From Pseudomonadota bacterium (GTDB taxonomy: Bacteria > Myxococcota_A > UBA9042 > GCA-2863065): a stretch of DNA of 64,000 bases. The stretch covers positions 38,781-102,780 of the forward strand of contig CANMLD010000001.1 of assembly GCA_947498315.1 (NCBI GenBank), in the 5' to 3' direction. Shown one piece after another: positions 39,975 through 49,800 of the stretch. The position numbers and the translations under genes were made by a program. Numbering within the stretch: position 1 is the stretch's first letter; the number at the start of each line of letters is the position of its first letter. The notes beneath the pieces were generated by a model. It had not been told where the DNA came from. It searched no databases and saw only the letters and a list, made by a program, of their open reading frames with translations.

Positions 39975-40907
39975 TCACGTCTCCGCGGCCAGGATACGCC
40001 GCGAGGCCTCGCAGTCCTGATGCATCTGCGCCACGAGCGGGCCCACGCCGTCGAAGCGAAGCTCGTCTCGGAGGTGCGCGATGAGGTCCACCGAGAGGCG
40101 CTGTCCGTAGAGATCTCCCGCGAAGTCGAACACATAGGTCTCTATGCGCCGATCCTGCCCGTCGAAGGTCGGCCGTGTCCCGATGGCGGTCACTGCCGCG
40201 CGTCGGACGCCCCCCACATGCGCCCAGCTCGCGTAGATGCCGTTCTTCGGGACGAGGGCCGTCTCGCACGCGAGGTTGGCGGTCGGGAAACCGAGAGTGC
40301 GTCCGAGCTGGTCGCCACGCACGACCACGCCATGGAGTCGATGAGGGCGACCGAGCAGCCGGCGCGCCATCGCCACGTCACCCGCTGCCACGGCACCACG
40401 GATTCGGGACGACGAGTAGGGCAGGCCGGCGTCGTCGAGCACCGGCTCCGCAACGTCAACGGTCACCCCGAGTGGCTCGAGGCATTGGCGCATGAAGGCG
40501 CCATCGCCGCGCCGGTCACGACCGAAACGCTGGTCGGGGCCAACGACCACGGCGACCGCCCCGAGCGTTCGAACCAGTAGCTCCGTCGCGAAGGTCTCAG
40601 CGCTGAGCCCGCGGACATCCTCGAAAGGCAGCTCGACGAAGAGGCTGATGCCGGCTTCAGCGAGGCGCCGACGCCGTTCGTCTCGTGTCGTGATGAGAGG
40701 CGGGGCCGACGCAGGGCTCAACACCTCTCGCGGGTGAGGCCAAAAGGACACGACGGTCGGTGTGGCGTCGAGCCGCTCCCCAAGCGCCGTGACGCGCCCG
40801 AGGAGGGCCTGATGACCCCGGTGTATGCCATCGAAGGCACCGAAGGTGAGCGCGGTGCGCTGAAGACCACTGCTGGGGAGCTCGGTGAGCGACGTCAGGA
40901 ACCGCAT
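39975..40907 (-). CDS. ribF: Bifunctional riboflavin kinase / FMN adenylyltransferase
   Basis: The N-terminus LTFGAFDGIHRGHQALL is the FAD-synthetase motif. The C-terminal riboflavin-kinase region is ...GVVVRGDQLGRTLGFPTAN...E.YVFDF.GDLYG. Confidence 0.9.
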   Translation of the reverse strand: MRFLTSLTELPSSGLQRTALTFGAFDGIHRGHQALLGRVTALGERLDATPTVVSFWPHPREVLSPASAPPLITTRDERRRRLAEAGISLFVELPFEDVRGLSAETFATELLVRTLGAVAVVVGPDQRFGRDRRGDGAFMRQCLEPLGVTVDVAEPVLDDAGLPYSSSRIRGAVAAGDVAMARRLLGRPHRLHGVVVRGDQLGRTLGFPTANLACETALVPKNGIYASWAHVGGVRRAAVTAIGTRPTFDGQDRRIETYVFDFAGDLYGQRLSVDLIAHLRDELRFDGVGPLVAQMHQDCEASRRILAAET

Positions 40908-40949
40908 GGCCGCAGGGTGCCTTGTGCAGCGGCTGCGGACAAGTCTGCG

Positions 40950-41486
40950 TCAGCCTTCGGCGGCGTCAGTGCTATCGGCCATGTCGGTCATGTCCATGCC
41001 GTCGGTTGCGTCCATGCCGTCGGTTGCGTCCATGCCGTCGGTTATGTCAGAGCCGTCGGTCGCGTCTGTCGCATCGGGTGGGCCATCGCTCCCATCGGAC
41101 GCGTCATCGCTGATGTCCGCCCCACCCGTACACTCGGTCAACCTGACGGTGTCGCACTCAGCGTCCTCGAGGCAGACGAGCTGCGACTCGGTCATGGTCG
41201 GGCAAACTTCGTCGCAGACGGTCTCCGGTTCACCGCAGGTGGTCGCGACGGCGCCACATCGGTTCGCGCAATCCGTTGCCGGACCGTCCGAACCATCTTG
41301 CCCGTCGTCACCGTCGGTCGCGTCGGATTGGCCGTCGGCTGCATCCTGAGAGGCGGCGCCGTCATCGCCGTCTGCACCGTCAGTAGAGCTAGTGCTGCTG
41401 CTGGACGCGCTGCTTTCGCAGCCCAGCGTTCCAGCGGCGATGAGGCTCGCCGTAGCCAGGGACCAAAGTTGAGTCTTCATTCGCAT
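40950..41486 (-). CDS. Acidic Cys-containing lipoprotein with DATDGM tandem repeats
   Basis: The signal peptide is MRMKTQLWSLATASLIAAGTLGCES. The 3' end has 18 bp tandem repeats encoding DATDGMDATDGMDATDGMD. Confidence 0.6.
   Translation of the reverse strand: MRMKTQLWSLATASLIAAGTLGCESSASSSSTSSTDGADGDDGAASQDAADGQSDATDGDDGQDGSDGPATDCANRCGAVATTCGEPETVCDEVCPTMTESQLVCLEDAECDTVRLTECTGGADISDDASDGSDGPPDATDATDGSDITDGMDATDGMDATDGMDMTDMADSTDAAEG
40985..41075 (-). repeat. 18 bp coding tandem repeat (3-4 units)
   Basis: tccatgccgtcggttgcg is reiterated on the plus strand and encodes DATDGM repeats on the minus strand. Confidence 0.5.
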
Positions 41487-41568
41487 GACGTTCCGCCTCC
41501 CAAGTTGCGGGGAACACACTTAGCAGACGACGGCTGGGCTGCAAGCCCCGTCCGCGAGCTGGTCCTCA

Positions 41569-41946
41569 CTACTTCACCGTGTACGTCGCCGGGGTGTAGC
41601 GCTCGTATGGGCCCGCTTCGCACTGGCTGGGGCCGGTCTTACCTTCACAGCCGTAGTGGTGCGTGCCGCGTAGTCGGAATTGCCCTCCCATCCCAGCGGT
41701 CTCCGTCACGACTTTGAAGCCAGGGCGCGCGAGGAAGGCAACAGGCTTGATCTCCACCAAGATTCCTTCGTCCTCGCAGAGCTCCTTGGCGACGGTCTTC
41801 CAGCTCAACTCGGGATATTCAATCCGGACCTCGTAGCTCGGACACGCATCGGTGGCACTTTTTGTGATGGCGCGTCGGACGGGTTTGACGAAAGTGCTGA
41901 CGCTCGGCAGAAATCCGTGAAGTCGCCGGGGCGAGCTGCCGACCAC
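41569..41946 (-). CDS. Hypothetical protein of 125 aa
   Basis: The ORF has protein-like composition and 5 Cys. It is divergent from the downstream lipoprotein gene. No family is recognised. Confidence 0.35.
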   Translation of the reverse strand: MVGSSPRRLHGFLPSVSTFVKPVRRAITKSATDACPSYEVRIEYPELSWKTVAKELCEDEGILVEIKPVAFLARPGFKVVTETAGMGGQFRLRGTHHYGCEGKTGPSQCEAGPYERYTPATYTVK

Positions 41947-41994
41947 GCTCCGACTCGTTGCGGTTCCAAAAGAACGCCGATCAGGAGCCCTCAG

Positions 41995-42384
41995 ATGCTA
42001 CTTCTCGCCGTGCCCATCCTCTTCGCCGTGGGGTGCGCAGCGGCCATCGTCCCTGTCGCCGAACCCGAGACCGCTCCTTCGGAAGCCACGCAGGGAGCCA
42101 GCCGCGAGTTGAAGGGCACGCTCACCTACACGCGGTCACCCGAGACGAAGTCAGTTGAGGCCTACGAGGGCATCGAGTTTCGCGTCGCCGGGACGGCCGT
42201 CGAGCCGTCAGAGGCAGTGAGCCGCGACGTCCTCTTGGGCCACGACGGCAAGTCCGTGACCGTCCGCTGCACGATACGGACGCCGCCACCGCCAGCGAGG
42301 CACGAGTCCTACCCGGTCGGAATGGACGGACGTGCTCTCCCGCGTCCGGATCGCTGCACAGTGTCTTCCATCATTAACCCTTGA
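41995..42384 (+). CDS. Small lipoprotein
   Basis: AGGAG lies 6 nt upstream of the ATG. The signal peptide MLLLAVPILFAVGCAAA has a lipobox (AVGC). Confidence 0.6.
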   Translation: MLLLAVPILFAVGCAAAIVPVAEPETAPSEATQGASRELKGTLTYTRSPETKSVEAYEGIEFRVAGTAVEPSEAVSRDVLLGHDGKSVTVRCTIRTPPPPARHESYPVGMDGRALPRPDRCTVSSIINP

Positions 42385-42398
42385 CGCGAGGGACCGAG

Positions 42399-43331
42399 AT
42401 GTACGCCTGCAAGAGTGTCCTTTGGCTCGCACTTCTCTGGCCGGGATTCGCGCTCGCGGGTACGAACCCGTCCATCTGCGACCGTGCCGAGATCACAGTC
42501 GATGGGCGCGCGGTTCTGCTTTATCCGGGCTGCACCCTAGCGGCAGGCTTCGACTTGATGTCCTCGGCGCAAATGTCGCCCGTGGCCGCTGAGGCCCTCG
42601 CACGAGACATCACCGTGGCCCCACTCGCGCCCTTTCACGAAGAAGGCCCCTTCGGCGAGTGGATGACGGGGAGCAAGGAGACCGATCGGACCTTCAACGC
42701 CTGGAATGCTTTCGAGATCCCGGGGACTGACCACGTTCTCCGCTATCGTCGGCGCGCCGACTTCAACGGCGACTCGGCCGCCGCGGTCATCGACGGAGAC
42801 ATTCAGTACGCGCCGATCGCGGCCTTTCGCGACGCGTTCAAGAAAAAGAAGGACGGACCGGATGCGCCCAAGGGGCCGGTCGCGTTACGGGCGCCGGTGC
42901 CCATTGGGAAGGCGCCGGTGGCGAACCTCGTGGGCGTCTTCGAGCTAGGACCCGAGAGAGCCGCCAAGGGCTTGAAGACGCGCGCGGCCGACGGGACCTA
43001 CGATCCTCAGAAGTTCAGAGCGGCCGTCCCGACCTTCGGGGACTTCGTTGTCCACGCCCGTTACAGCTACCGGCATATCGGTTCGGACGCGACGAGCGGC
43101 TGGCAGATCGACGGCGTGAACCCAGGCGCGGCAGGCGGCGAGTCATTCTGGGTGGCGCTCGGGTTCGAGGCACCGGGCTTTCGCGTGGTCGAGCCGCTCT
43201 CAGACGCGGTGACGTGGACCGCGAGCGCGGAGCTTCACCGAATCTACGCTGCTTTGTTGGCGGGCCAACCCGTCGTGATTCGCACCTACGTGCCTTTCAA
43301 GTGGCGAGTCGTCAATCTTCAGCCGCGCTGA
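42399..43331 (+). CDS. Secreted hypothetical protein
   Basis: The signal peptide is MYACKSVLWLALLWPGFALAG. The product is 310 aa with no recognised domain. Confidence 0.6.
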   Translation: MYACKSVLWLALLWPGFALAGTNPSICDRAEITVDGRAVLLYPGCTLAAGFDLMSSAQMSPVAAEALARDITVAPLAPFHEEGPFGEWMTGSKETDRTFNAWNAFEIPGTDHVLRYRRRADFNGDSAAAVIDGDIQYAPIAAFRDAFKKKKDGPDAPKGPVALRAPVPIGKAPVANLVGVFELGPERAAKGLKTRAADGTYDPQKFRAAVPTFGDFVVHARYSYRHIGSDATSGWQIDGVNPGAAGGESFWVALGFEAPGFRVVEPLSDAVTWTASAELHRIYAALLAGQPVVIRTYVPFKWRVVNLQPR

Positions 43332-43366
43332 TTGCGGCCACGCCCGTCGCGCGGCACTCTCCCGCC

Positions 43367-43987
43367 ATGACGCGAGAGACACCGATCGGAGTTGCCTGGG
43401 ACGCTCGCTATGCGGGTGACGTGTTCTTTTACGGCCAGGAGTCGAACGACTTCCTGCGTGAGAGTGAGCCTCATTTGGCTCGCGGCGGTCGCGTCCTGAG
43501 CCTCGCCGAGGGTGAAGGTCGAAACGCGGTGTTTCTGGCCGAACGTGGTCACCGCGTCGTCGGAGTGGACGCGTCGGCAGTCGGTCTCGCAAAGGGGCAG
43601 ACGCTGGCCGCGGCCCGCGGCGTCCATATCGAGACGGTCGTCGCCGACCTCTCCGCGTGGCAGTGGACCGGCGAGCTGCTCGATGGCGTCGTCGCCATCT
43701 GGTGTCATCTGCCAGTCCCGCTGCGAGCCGAGGTCCTCAACGCGGCGGTGGCGGCGCTGCGACCCGGCGGCCTTCTCATCCTCGAGTCCTACACGCCGAA
43801 CCAAGTTGGGAGAGGGACCGGCGGGCCTCCCAACCCAGCGCTATTGCCCACCGCGTCGATGCTTCAAGAAGAGCTTCACGGACTGGCATTCGAACACCTC
43901 GTCGAGCTCGAGCGGCATGTGTCGGAGGGCAGTGGTCATCTTGGGCTCAGCGCTGTGGTGCAGCTGCGGGGGCGCCGCATTGCCTGA
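43367..43987 (+). CDS. Class I SAM-dependent methyltransferase (TehB/thiopurine-MT-like)
   Basis: VLSLAEGEGRNAVFLAERGHRVVGVDAS (motif I) and ...GGLLILESYTP (post II/III) are present. The start is at the internal ATG (MTRETPIG). Confidence 0.75.
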   Translation: MTRETPIGVAWDARYAGDVFFYGQESNDFLRESEPHLARGGRVLSLAEGEGRNAVFLAERGHRVVGVDASAVGLAKGQTLAAARGVHIETVVADLSAWQWTGELLDGVVAIWCHLPVPLRAEVLNAAVAALRPGGLLILESYTPNQVGRGTGGPPNPALLPTASMLQEELHGLAFEHLVELERHVSEGSGHLGLSAVVQLRGRRIA

Positions 43988-44002
43988 CGAGGTGGGCACG
44001 CA

Positions 44003-45396
44003 TCACAGGGAGAACTCCGGAGGCGGCAGCGGCGGCTCACCGACGAGGTCGTCGAGGGCATCATCCTTCCGCAGCGCATGGGCTAGAGCGGCCCTTCGGC
44101 GCGTGCGCTCACCGAGAAAGTCGAGGACCGCAGTGGCGCCGTCGCGTGCACCGTCGGTCCCGCCGAGCGACGTCGCGAGGGCTCTGGAACGGAGCTGCGA
44201 AGCTGCAACGACGCGAACGGCGGCATCGCGGACCTGCTCGCGATCGAGCCTCGTCGGGTTGAGCGCTTCGCCCACGCCGAGCCGCTCGACTCGCGCGGCG
44301 TTCTCGATCTGATCGCCACCGAAGGGCACCATCAGCATTGGCTTGCCGAGGGCGAGGCACTCCTGAACCGTGTTATTGCCGCCGTGTGTCACGACCAGAT
44401 CGACTTGGGGCAACAGAGCGACCTGCGGCACTCGTTCGAAGAGCCAGGTTCGTGCACGCCGTCGCTCCGAGAGTCGTCTCAGGCTGGTACCGGCGCTAAC
44501 GACGACGGAGGCGTCCAACACGGCGAGCCCGTCGAGGATCTGCTCATAGATTCGGGGCTTTCCGTTCATCACGGTGCCGAGCGACACGTAGACTCGAAGG
44601 CCATCTGCAGGCAAGACGTCGAGCGAGGGGTGGGCGGACGCCGCGCCAAGTCGCGGGGCTGGCAGGCAGGGGCCTATCATCAAGACAGGACCGTCGAGGG
44701 GCTGAAGCCCGGGCTCGAGCTGAGGCAGGGTAGCCAGCAGGTTCAGATCCGGCGAGAGCGGGCGGGTCAAGAGTCCGCTGGCTGGGCGGGGCAGCCCGAG
44801 CGCGTCAGCAGCGCTTCGTACGCGCTCGTCGAAACGTCGCTCGAGGCGACGGAGCGCCGCTTCTGCCGAGATCCAGGCGGGGAGCCCCGGGCGGTCGCGC
44901 CGAGCCCGCTGCCGAAGGGCGCGGCACCATCGACGGGGAAGGGGAGGGCGGAGTGATAGAGCGCGACGTAGGGCCGCTTCACGAGCCCGGCGGCGAGCAT
45001 GGCGGCAGGCATCAAGTAATCGCCGACGATGACGTCGGCGTCCATTCGCGTCGCCCACGCCGCGATCTCCCGTGCCTGGCTCTGAAGCCCAACCGTGAAC
45101 AGTTCGATGGCGACGGCGAGCTCGTCGTGGCCGGTGTTCCAGGGCAGTCGAGCGGCGTACCAGATCGCCCCGGGCGATGGTGACAGCGGCAGCACGTCGA
45201 GGCCATGGCTCGTGATGGCGTCAGCAACCTCCATCCCCGCTTTCAGTGGTGCCGGCCACAGCCCCGACAAAGGCAGGCGAACGCGTGTGGTCGCGAAACC
45301 GACTGTGTGGCCGAGGTCGCGAAGTTGCACGCCGATGGCACGCAGGGCACTGATATGTCCGATAGTGGGGTGGGCGGCCAGGAGGATGCGACTCAT
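44003..45396 (-). pseudogene. Family-1 (MGT/UDP-glycosyltransferase-type) glycosyltransferase with a frameshift
   Basis: The N-terminal domain (MSRILLAAHPTIGHISALRAIGVQLRDLGHTV...PFGSGLG) lies in the frame of tracked ORF 44767..45417. The C-terminal domain (...VYVSLGTV...VVTHGGNNTVQECLALGKPMLMVPFGGDQIENAARVE) lies in the frame of ORF 44003..45058. The frame switch lies near 44880-44910, at gccccggg. Confidence 0.65.
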
Positions 45397-45651
45397 CGGG
45401 ATGCCGCCTTGTTGCAACCGGTGGGTGGCGCTGTCAAGGCATCCCTGCGGGATGGGCTGTCAACGGCGCACGCTCCGACGGCTGTCAGACGTTCACCTCG
45501 CCGTGCCGCTCGGCAGCCCCCACTCTCGGCTCTGGAGAGGCCGATGGGGACCGTAGACGACGTGAAGTGGGCGAAGGAGCGCTCTCAGGACCGACCGGGC
45601 GCCGAACACCGCGGATACAGAGCGGAGCCGAAGGTCCTTCGAGATTCAGCG

Positions 45652-45693
45652 CATAAACGACAAAAGCCCCGGTCGTTACCGACCGAGGCTTTC
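45652..45693 (-). terminator. Rho-independent terminator candidate downstream of tRNA-Asn
   Basis: On the minus strand the sequence reads aaagcctcggtcg-gtaa-cgaccggggcttt followed by tgtcgttt. Confidence 0.45.
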
Positions 45694-45724
45694 TGTGAAC
45701 CAGGGGAGGACCCAACGGGTTCTC

Positions 45725-45800
45725 TGGCTCCGACTGTTGGACTCGAACCAACGACCCGCGGATTAACAGTCCGCTGCTCTACCAACTGAGCTAAGTCGGA
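45725..45800 (-). tRNA. tRNA-Asn (anticodon GTT)
   Basis: The minus-strand sequence TCCGACTTAGCTCAGTTGGTAGAGCAGCGGACTGTTAATCCGCGGGTCGTTGGTTCGAGTCCAACAGTCGGAGCCA folds with 7/4/5/5 bp stems. The anticodon loop is CTGTTAA and the 3' CCA is encoded. Confidence 0.9.
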
Positions 45801-45886
45801 ATGGTGCGGCGTTGCCATCGCACTTGGAGGCGGTTTATGCCTTCGGGCCCGGGGGCTGTCAAGCCTGCGGTTGTGCTTTTTCGGGG

Positions 45887-46600
45887 TCAGGGGTTCGGGA
45901 TGAACTGGTAGCCGGCGCCTCGGTGGGCGAGGAAGTGGGTGGGCTCGGCGGGGTTCTTCTCGAAGTAGCGGCGCAGGCGGACCAGGAAGTTGTCGACCGT
46001 TCGGGTGTTTGGGTAGTTACGGAGCTTCCAGACGCGCTCGAGGAGCTCGGAGCGGGTGATGACTCGGCCTGGGTTTTGGGCGAAGTAGGCGATGAGGTCG
46101 AGCTCGAGCTGGGTGAGGGTCAGGCGTTCTCCTCGGACGGTCACGATGTGGGTATCGAAGTCGATGTGGGCGTCGCCGAAATTCAGCGTGCGGGTGTTCG
46201 GAGGCGGTGCTTCCCGCTGGCGTTCCCACGATCGGCGGCGCAGGACCGAGCGGACTCGCGCTAGCAGCTCCTTCAGCGCAAAGGGCTTGACGAGATAATC
46301 GTCGGCGCCGGCTTCGAGGCCCGTGACGCGGTCTTCGGCGCTGCTTCTGGCCGTGAGCATGATGACTGGGATGTGGTTGCCGGCGGCGCGGAGGCGGCGG
46401 CAGAGCTCGAAGCCGTCGAAGTCGGGGAGCATGACGTCTAAGACGATGGCGTCGTAGCCGTCGACGTCGAGGAGCTTTGCGGCGGCCTCGCGAGCCGTTC
46501 TCACTACTTCGACGTCGAAGCCCTCGAGCTCCAGGTTCAGCTTCAGGCCGGCGGCGATGTTCGCTTCGTCTTCTACGACCAGGAGTCGGCCGTCGGGCAT
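45887..46600 (-). CDS. OmpR/PhoB-family response regulator
   Basis: The receiver domain is LLVVEDE...DVMLPDFDG...IPVIMLTA...DDYLVKPF. The winged-helix trans_reg_C is ...RSELLERVW.... Confidence 0.9.
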   Translation of the reverse strand: MPDGRLLVVEDEANIAAGLKLNLELEGFDVEVVRTAREAAAKLLDVDGYDAIVLDVMLPDFDGFELCRRLRAAGNHIPVIMLTARSSAEDRVTGLEAGADDYLVKPFALKELLARVRSVLRRRSWERQREAPPPNTRTLNFGDAHIDFDTHIVTVRGERLTLTQLELDLIAYFAQNPGRVITRSELLERVWKLRNYPNTRTVDNFLVRLRRYFEKNPAEPTHFLAHRGAGYQFIPNP

Positions 46601-46872
46601 CTCACTTCCTCCCGATGCGCGAATCCTCGCGCGGATGAGCGTCGGTAGCCGGCCCTTGCCGCCACCACCTCACGGTCCATAACACGTTACCTCCCGCTTC
46701 CCAAAGCGACGGCAGGCCCCAACCTGCGGGAGCTCACGTGGCTTACAGGATGTGTACGTCGCTGGAGTGGCGCAAGCGTCGACGCCCTCGATTTGGGGTT
46801 TGACCCGGCTGATGCGGCGGCCGTAGCCTGTTTCGAGCGGCGCGCCCTCGCTCCGATGCCTGGAGGAAGTTC

Positions 46873-49800
46873 ATGTCCACGTACCATCGGCGAGCCACCG
46901 CAACTACCCCGTCGTCTCGTCTTCTCGTAGGCGCTCTCTGGGCGTTCTCCCTCGCCTGCTCGTCCGGGTCCGAGCCGACGAGCGTCGGCGGTGTGATAGT
47001 GGACACCGTCGCCCCGGTGGATACGAACGGCGGCGGCGGCGGCGAGGTCATCGGCGCACCCGACACCGCGGCGCCAGACACGTCGGACGCCACGACGAGT
47101 GACGCCGGTGAGCCATGCCCCGGCTGCGCGTTCTCGTCCTGTGAGTCGAACGCCGACTGCAACGACGGCTACTGCATCGAAGGACCTTCGGGGCTCGAGT
47201 GTGGGCAGCCCTGCGTGCTCGACTGTCCGAAAGGCTATAAGTGTCGTGGGGTTGGTGGTGGGTCCGGCGATCCGGTGTTCCTCTGCGTCTACGACCACCT
47301 CGAATACTGTCTCCCCTGTGATACCGATTCGGATTGCGCCCACCCGCTCCTACCGGGCTCCACGACCTCGTGCGTGTCGCGCGGCGCGGCCCTCGGTGGT
47401 TTTTGCGCTACCGCATGCGAAGGCGATGAAGACTGCCCGACCAGCTCCTCTTGCGTCCTCGCTAGTGAAGCCGGCGCCTCGAATCAGGGTGGCTCCTGCC
47501 AACCCACGAGCGGCGAGTGCGGATGCTCGTCCTACGCTCAAAGCGTCAGCGCCAGCACCGGGTGCACCGTCACGAGCGAGCTCGGCGCGTGCAGCGGCCG
47601 GCGCACTTGCAGCGAAGCGGGCCTCTCGAGCTGCGATGCACGCACGCCCGCTGCCGAGTCCTGCAACGGGCAGGACGACGACTGCGATGGGGAGACCGAC
47701 GAAGGCGTCCCGACGACGGGCGAGCCCTGCGATGGCGATGACCCTGATCTCTGCGCGAGCGGCACCTGGCAGTGCTCCTCGGCCGGTCTCCTCTGCGATG
47801 ACGACGCCGCCTCCGCAACCGAGACCTGCAACGGTCAAGACGACGACTGCGACGGCAAGACCGACGCCGCGGACGACGAGCTCTCGCCTGTCCCGTGTGA
47901 GCTGACCGTCGGTGCGTGTACGGGCGCGCTGGCCCCGGTCGAGACCTGCTCGGGCGGTGGGTGGCAATCCTGTCCGGATGCCGTCTACTTAGCCCTCGGA
48001 TTCGGCTACGAGCCGGGTCAGGAACAGACCTGCGACGGCAAGGACAACGACTGCGACGGGCTCTTCGACGAGGACGTCCCGCTGACGGGCGAGGCCTGCG
48101 ACGGCCCGGACGTCGATGATTGTACCGACGGGGCGTGGGCTTGCACGAAGACCGGCCTCCTCTGCGACGACGGGCCGGAGTCCGGCGCCGAGAAGTGCGA
48201 TGGCCAAGACAACGACTGCGACGGGCTGACCGACGCCGACGATCCAGACCTTGCCCTCGTCCCCTGTCAGAACGTCATTGGCGCGTGCTCGGGCGCCCTT
48301 CGTCCCCCGTCCGCGTGCCAGGACGGCGAGTGGACCGACTGTGGCGACGACGTGTATGCCGCGCTCGCCAGCGCGTATGAGCCGGTCGCCGAGCTCTCCT
48401 GCGACGGCCAGGACAACGACTGCGACGGCAAGACCGACGACGACTTCGTCCTAGCGCTGCCTGACGGCGCTTCCGTCACCGGCGTTGGTGCGGCCTGTGG
48501 CGCTGGCCTCTGCGCTGGCGGCGTCACCACGTGCGGAACCGCAACGTCCATCTCCTGCACCACCCTCGGCAACCTCCAGCCGGAGTCGTGCAACGGACTC
48601 GATGACGACTGCGACGGCGCCATCGACGCCGCCGACGAGTCACTGACCTCACCCCTCTGCGAACGGCAAGCGGGCCTCTGTACCGGCACGCTCAAGCCGC
48701 GGGACCTCTGTGTCTCCGGGAAGTTCGGCGCGTGTACGGACGACATCTACCTCACCCAGGCGCCCGCCTACTCGGCTGGTGCCGAGCAGCGCTGTGACGG
48801 CAGCGACGACGACTGCGACGGCCAGACCGACGAGGACTTCGTGCTCAAGACGCTCGCAAGCGGCTTTGTCGTCGGCATCGGCCAGACTTGCGGGACCGGC
48901 AAATGTGGGGGCGGCGTCACGGTGTGTTCGCCGGAAGGCAACGCCTCGGCTTGCCCGACCGAAGCGAACGCCGTCGAAGAGATCTGTAACGGCAAAGACG
49001 ACGACTGCGACGGCCTCGTCGACGCGCTCGACCCATCGATGGTGCTCGTCGTGTGCGAGCTCCAAGCCGGCTCCTGCGCCGGCTCGCTGAAGACCGCTGC
49101 GCTGTGCAAAGACGGCGCCTGGACGGCATGCACGGTCGGCATCTACGCCGACCATTCGGAGGCGTGGGAGTCAGGCCAAGAGGTCTCCTGTGACGGCGTC
49201 GACAACGACTGCGATGGCAACATCGACGAGGACTTCCAGGTCATTTTGCTGAGCGGCCAGATCGTCGAGGGAGCGGGCCAGCCCTGCGGCGCGGGCGCGT
49301 GTACGGATGGCGTGACCGTGTGTGACACGGCGGGCCTCGGGCTCACGTGCAGCAGCGAAACATCAGCCATTCCAGAGACCTGTAACGGCCAGGATGACGA
49401 CTGCGATGGCAGTACCGACGCCGTCGATGCCCAGCTTCAGCTCACGCTCTGCGAGGACCAAGACGGCTTCTGCGCTGGCGCACGTCACCTGAGCGCCGAT
49501 TGTGTCGCCGGCGAGTTTGCTGCCTGTAGCAGCGCCATCTACGCGGCCCACTCGCCGCTCTTCCAGCTTGGCGCCGAGACGACCTGCGACGGCAAAGACA
49601 ACGACTGCGACAGTCAGACCGACGAAGACTTCTCGCTCACCCTGCCCAACGGCGCGACGGTGACGGGCGTTGGCGCGGCGTGCGGCGTGGGCATCTGCGC
49701 AGGCGGCGTGACCCAATGTGGCGGCGGCGGCCTCGTCTGCTCAACGGGCGGGCAGGCAGCGACGGAGGTCTGTAACGGCAAGGACGACGACTGCGACGGC

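Noticed and set aside
39838-40269. N-terminal 144-codon extension of the aroE tracked ORF
   Set aside because: It has no AroE homology, it is Arg/Pro-rich, and it reads through repeat copy C.
45585-45818. 77 aa ORF
   Set aside because: It lies exactly over tRNA-Asn (its translation reads through the tRNA: ...SDLAQLVEQRTVNPRVVGSSPT).
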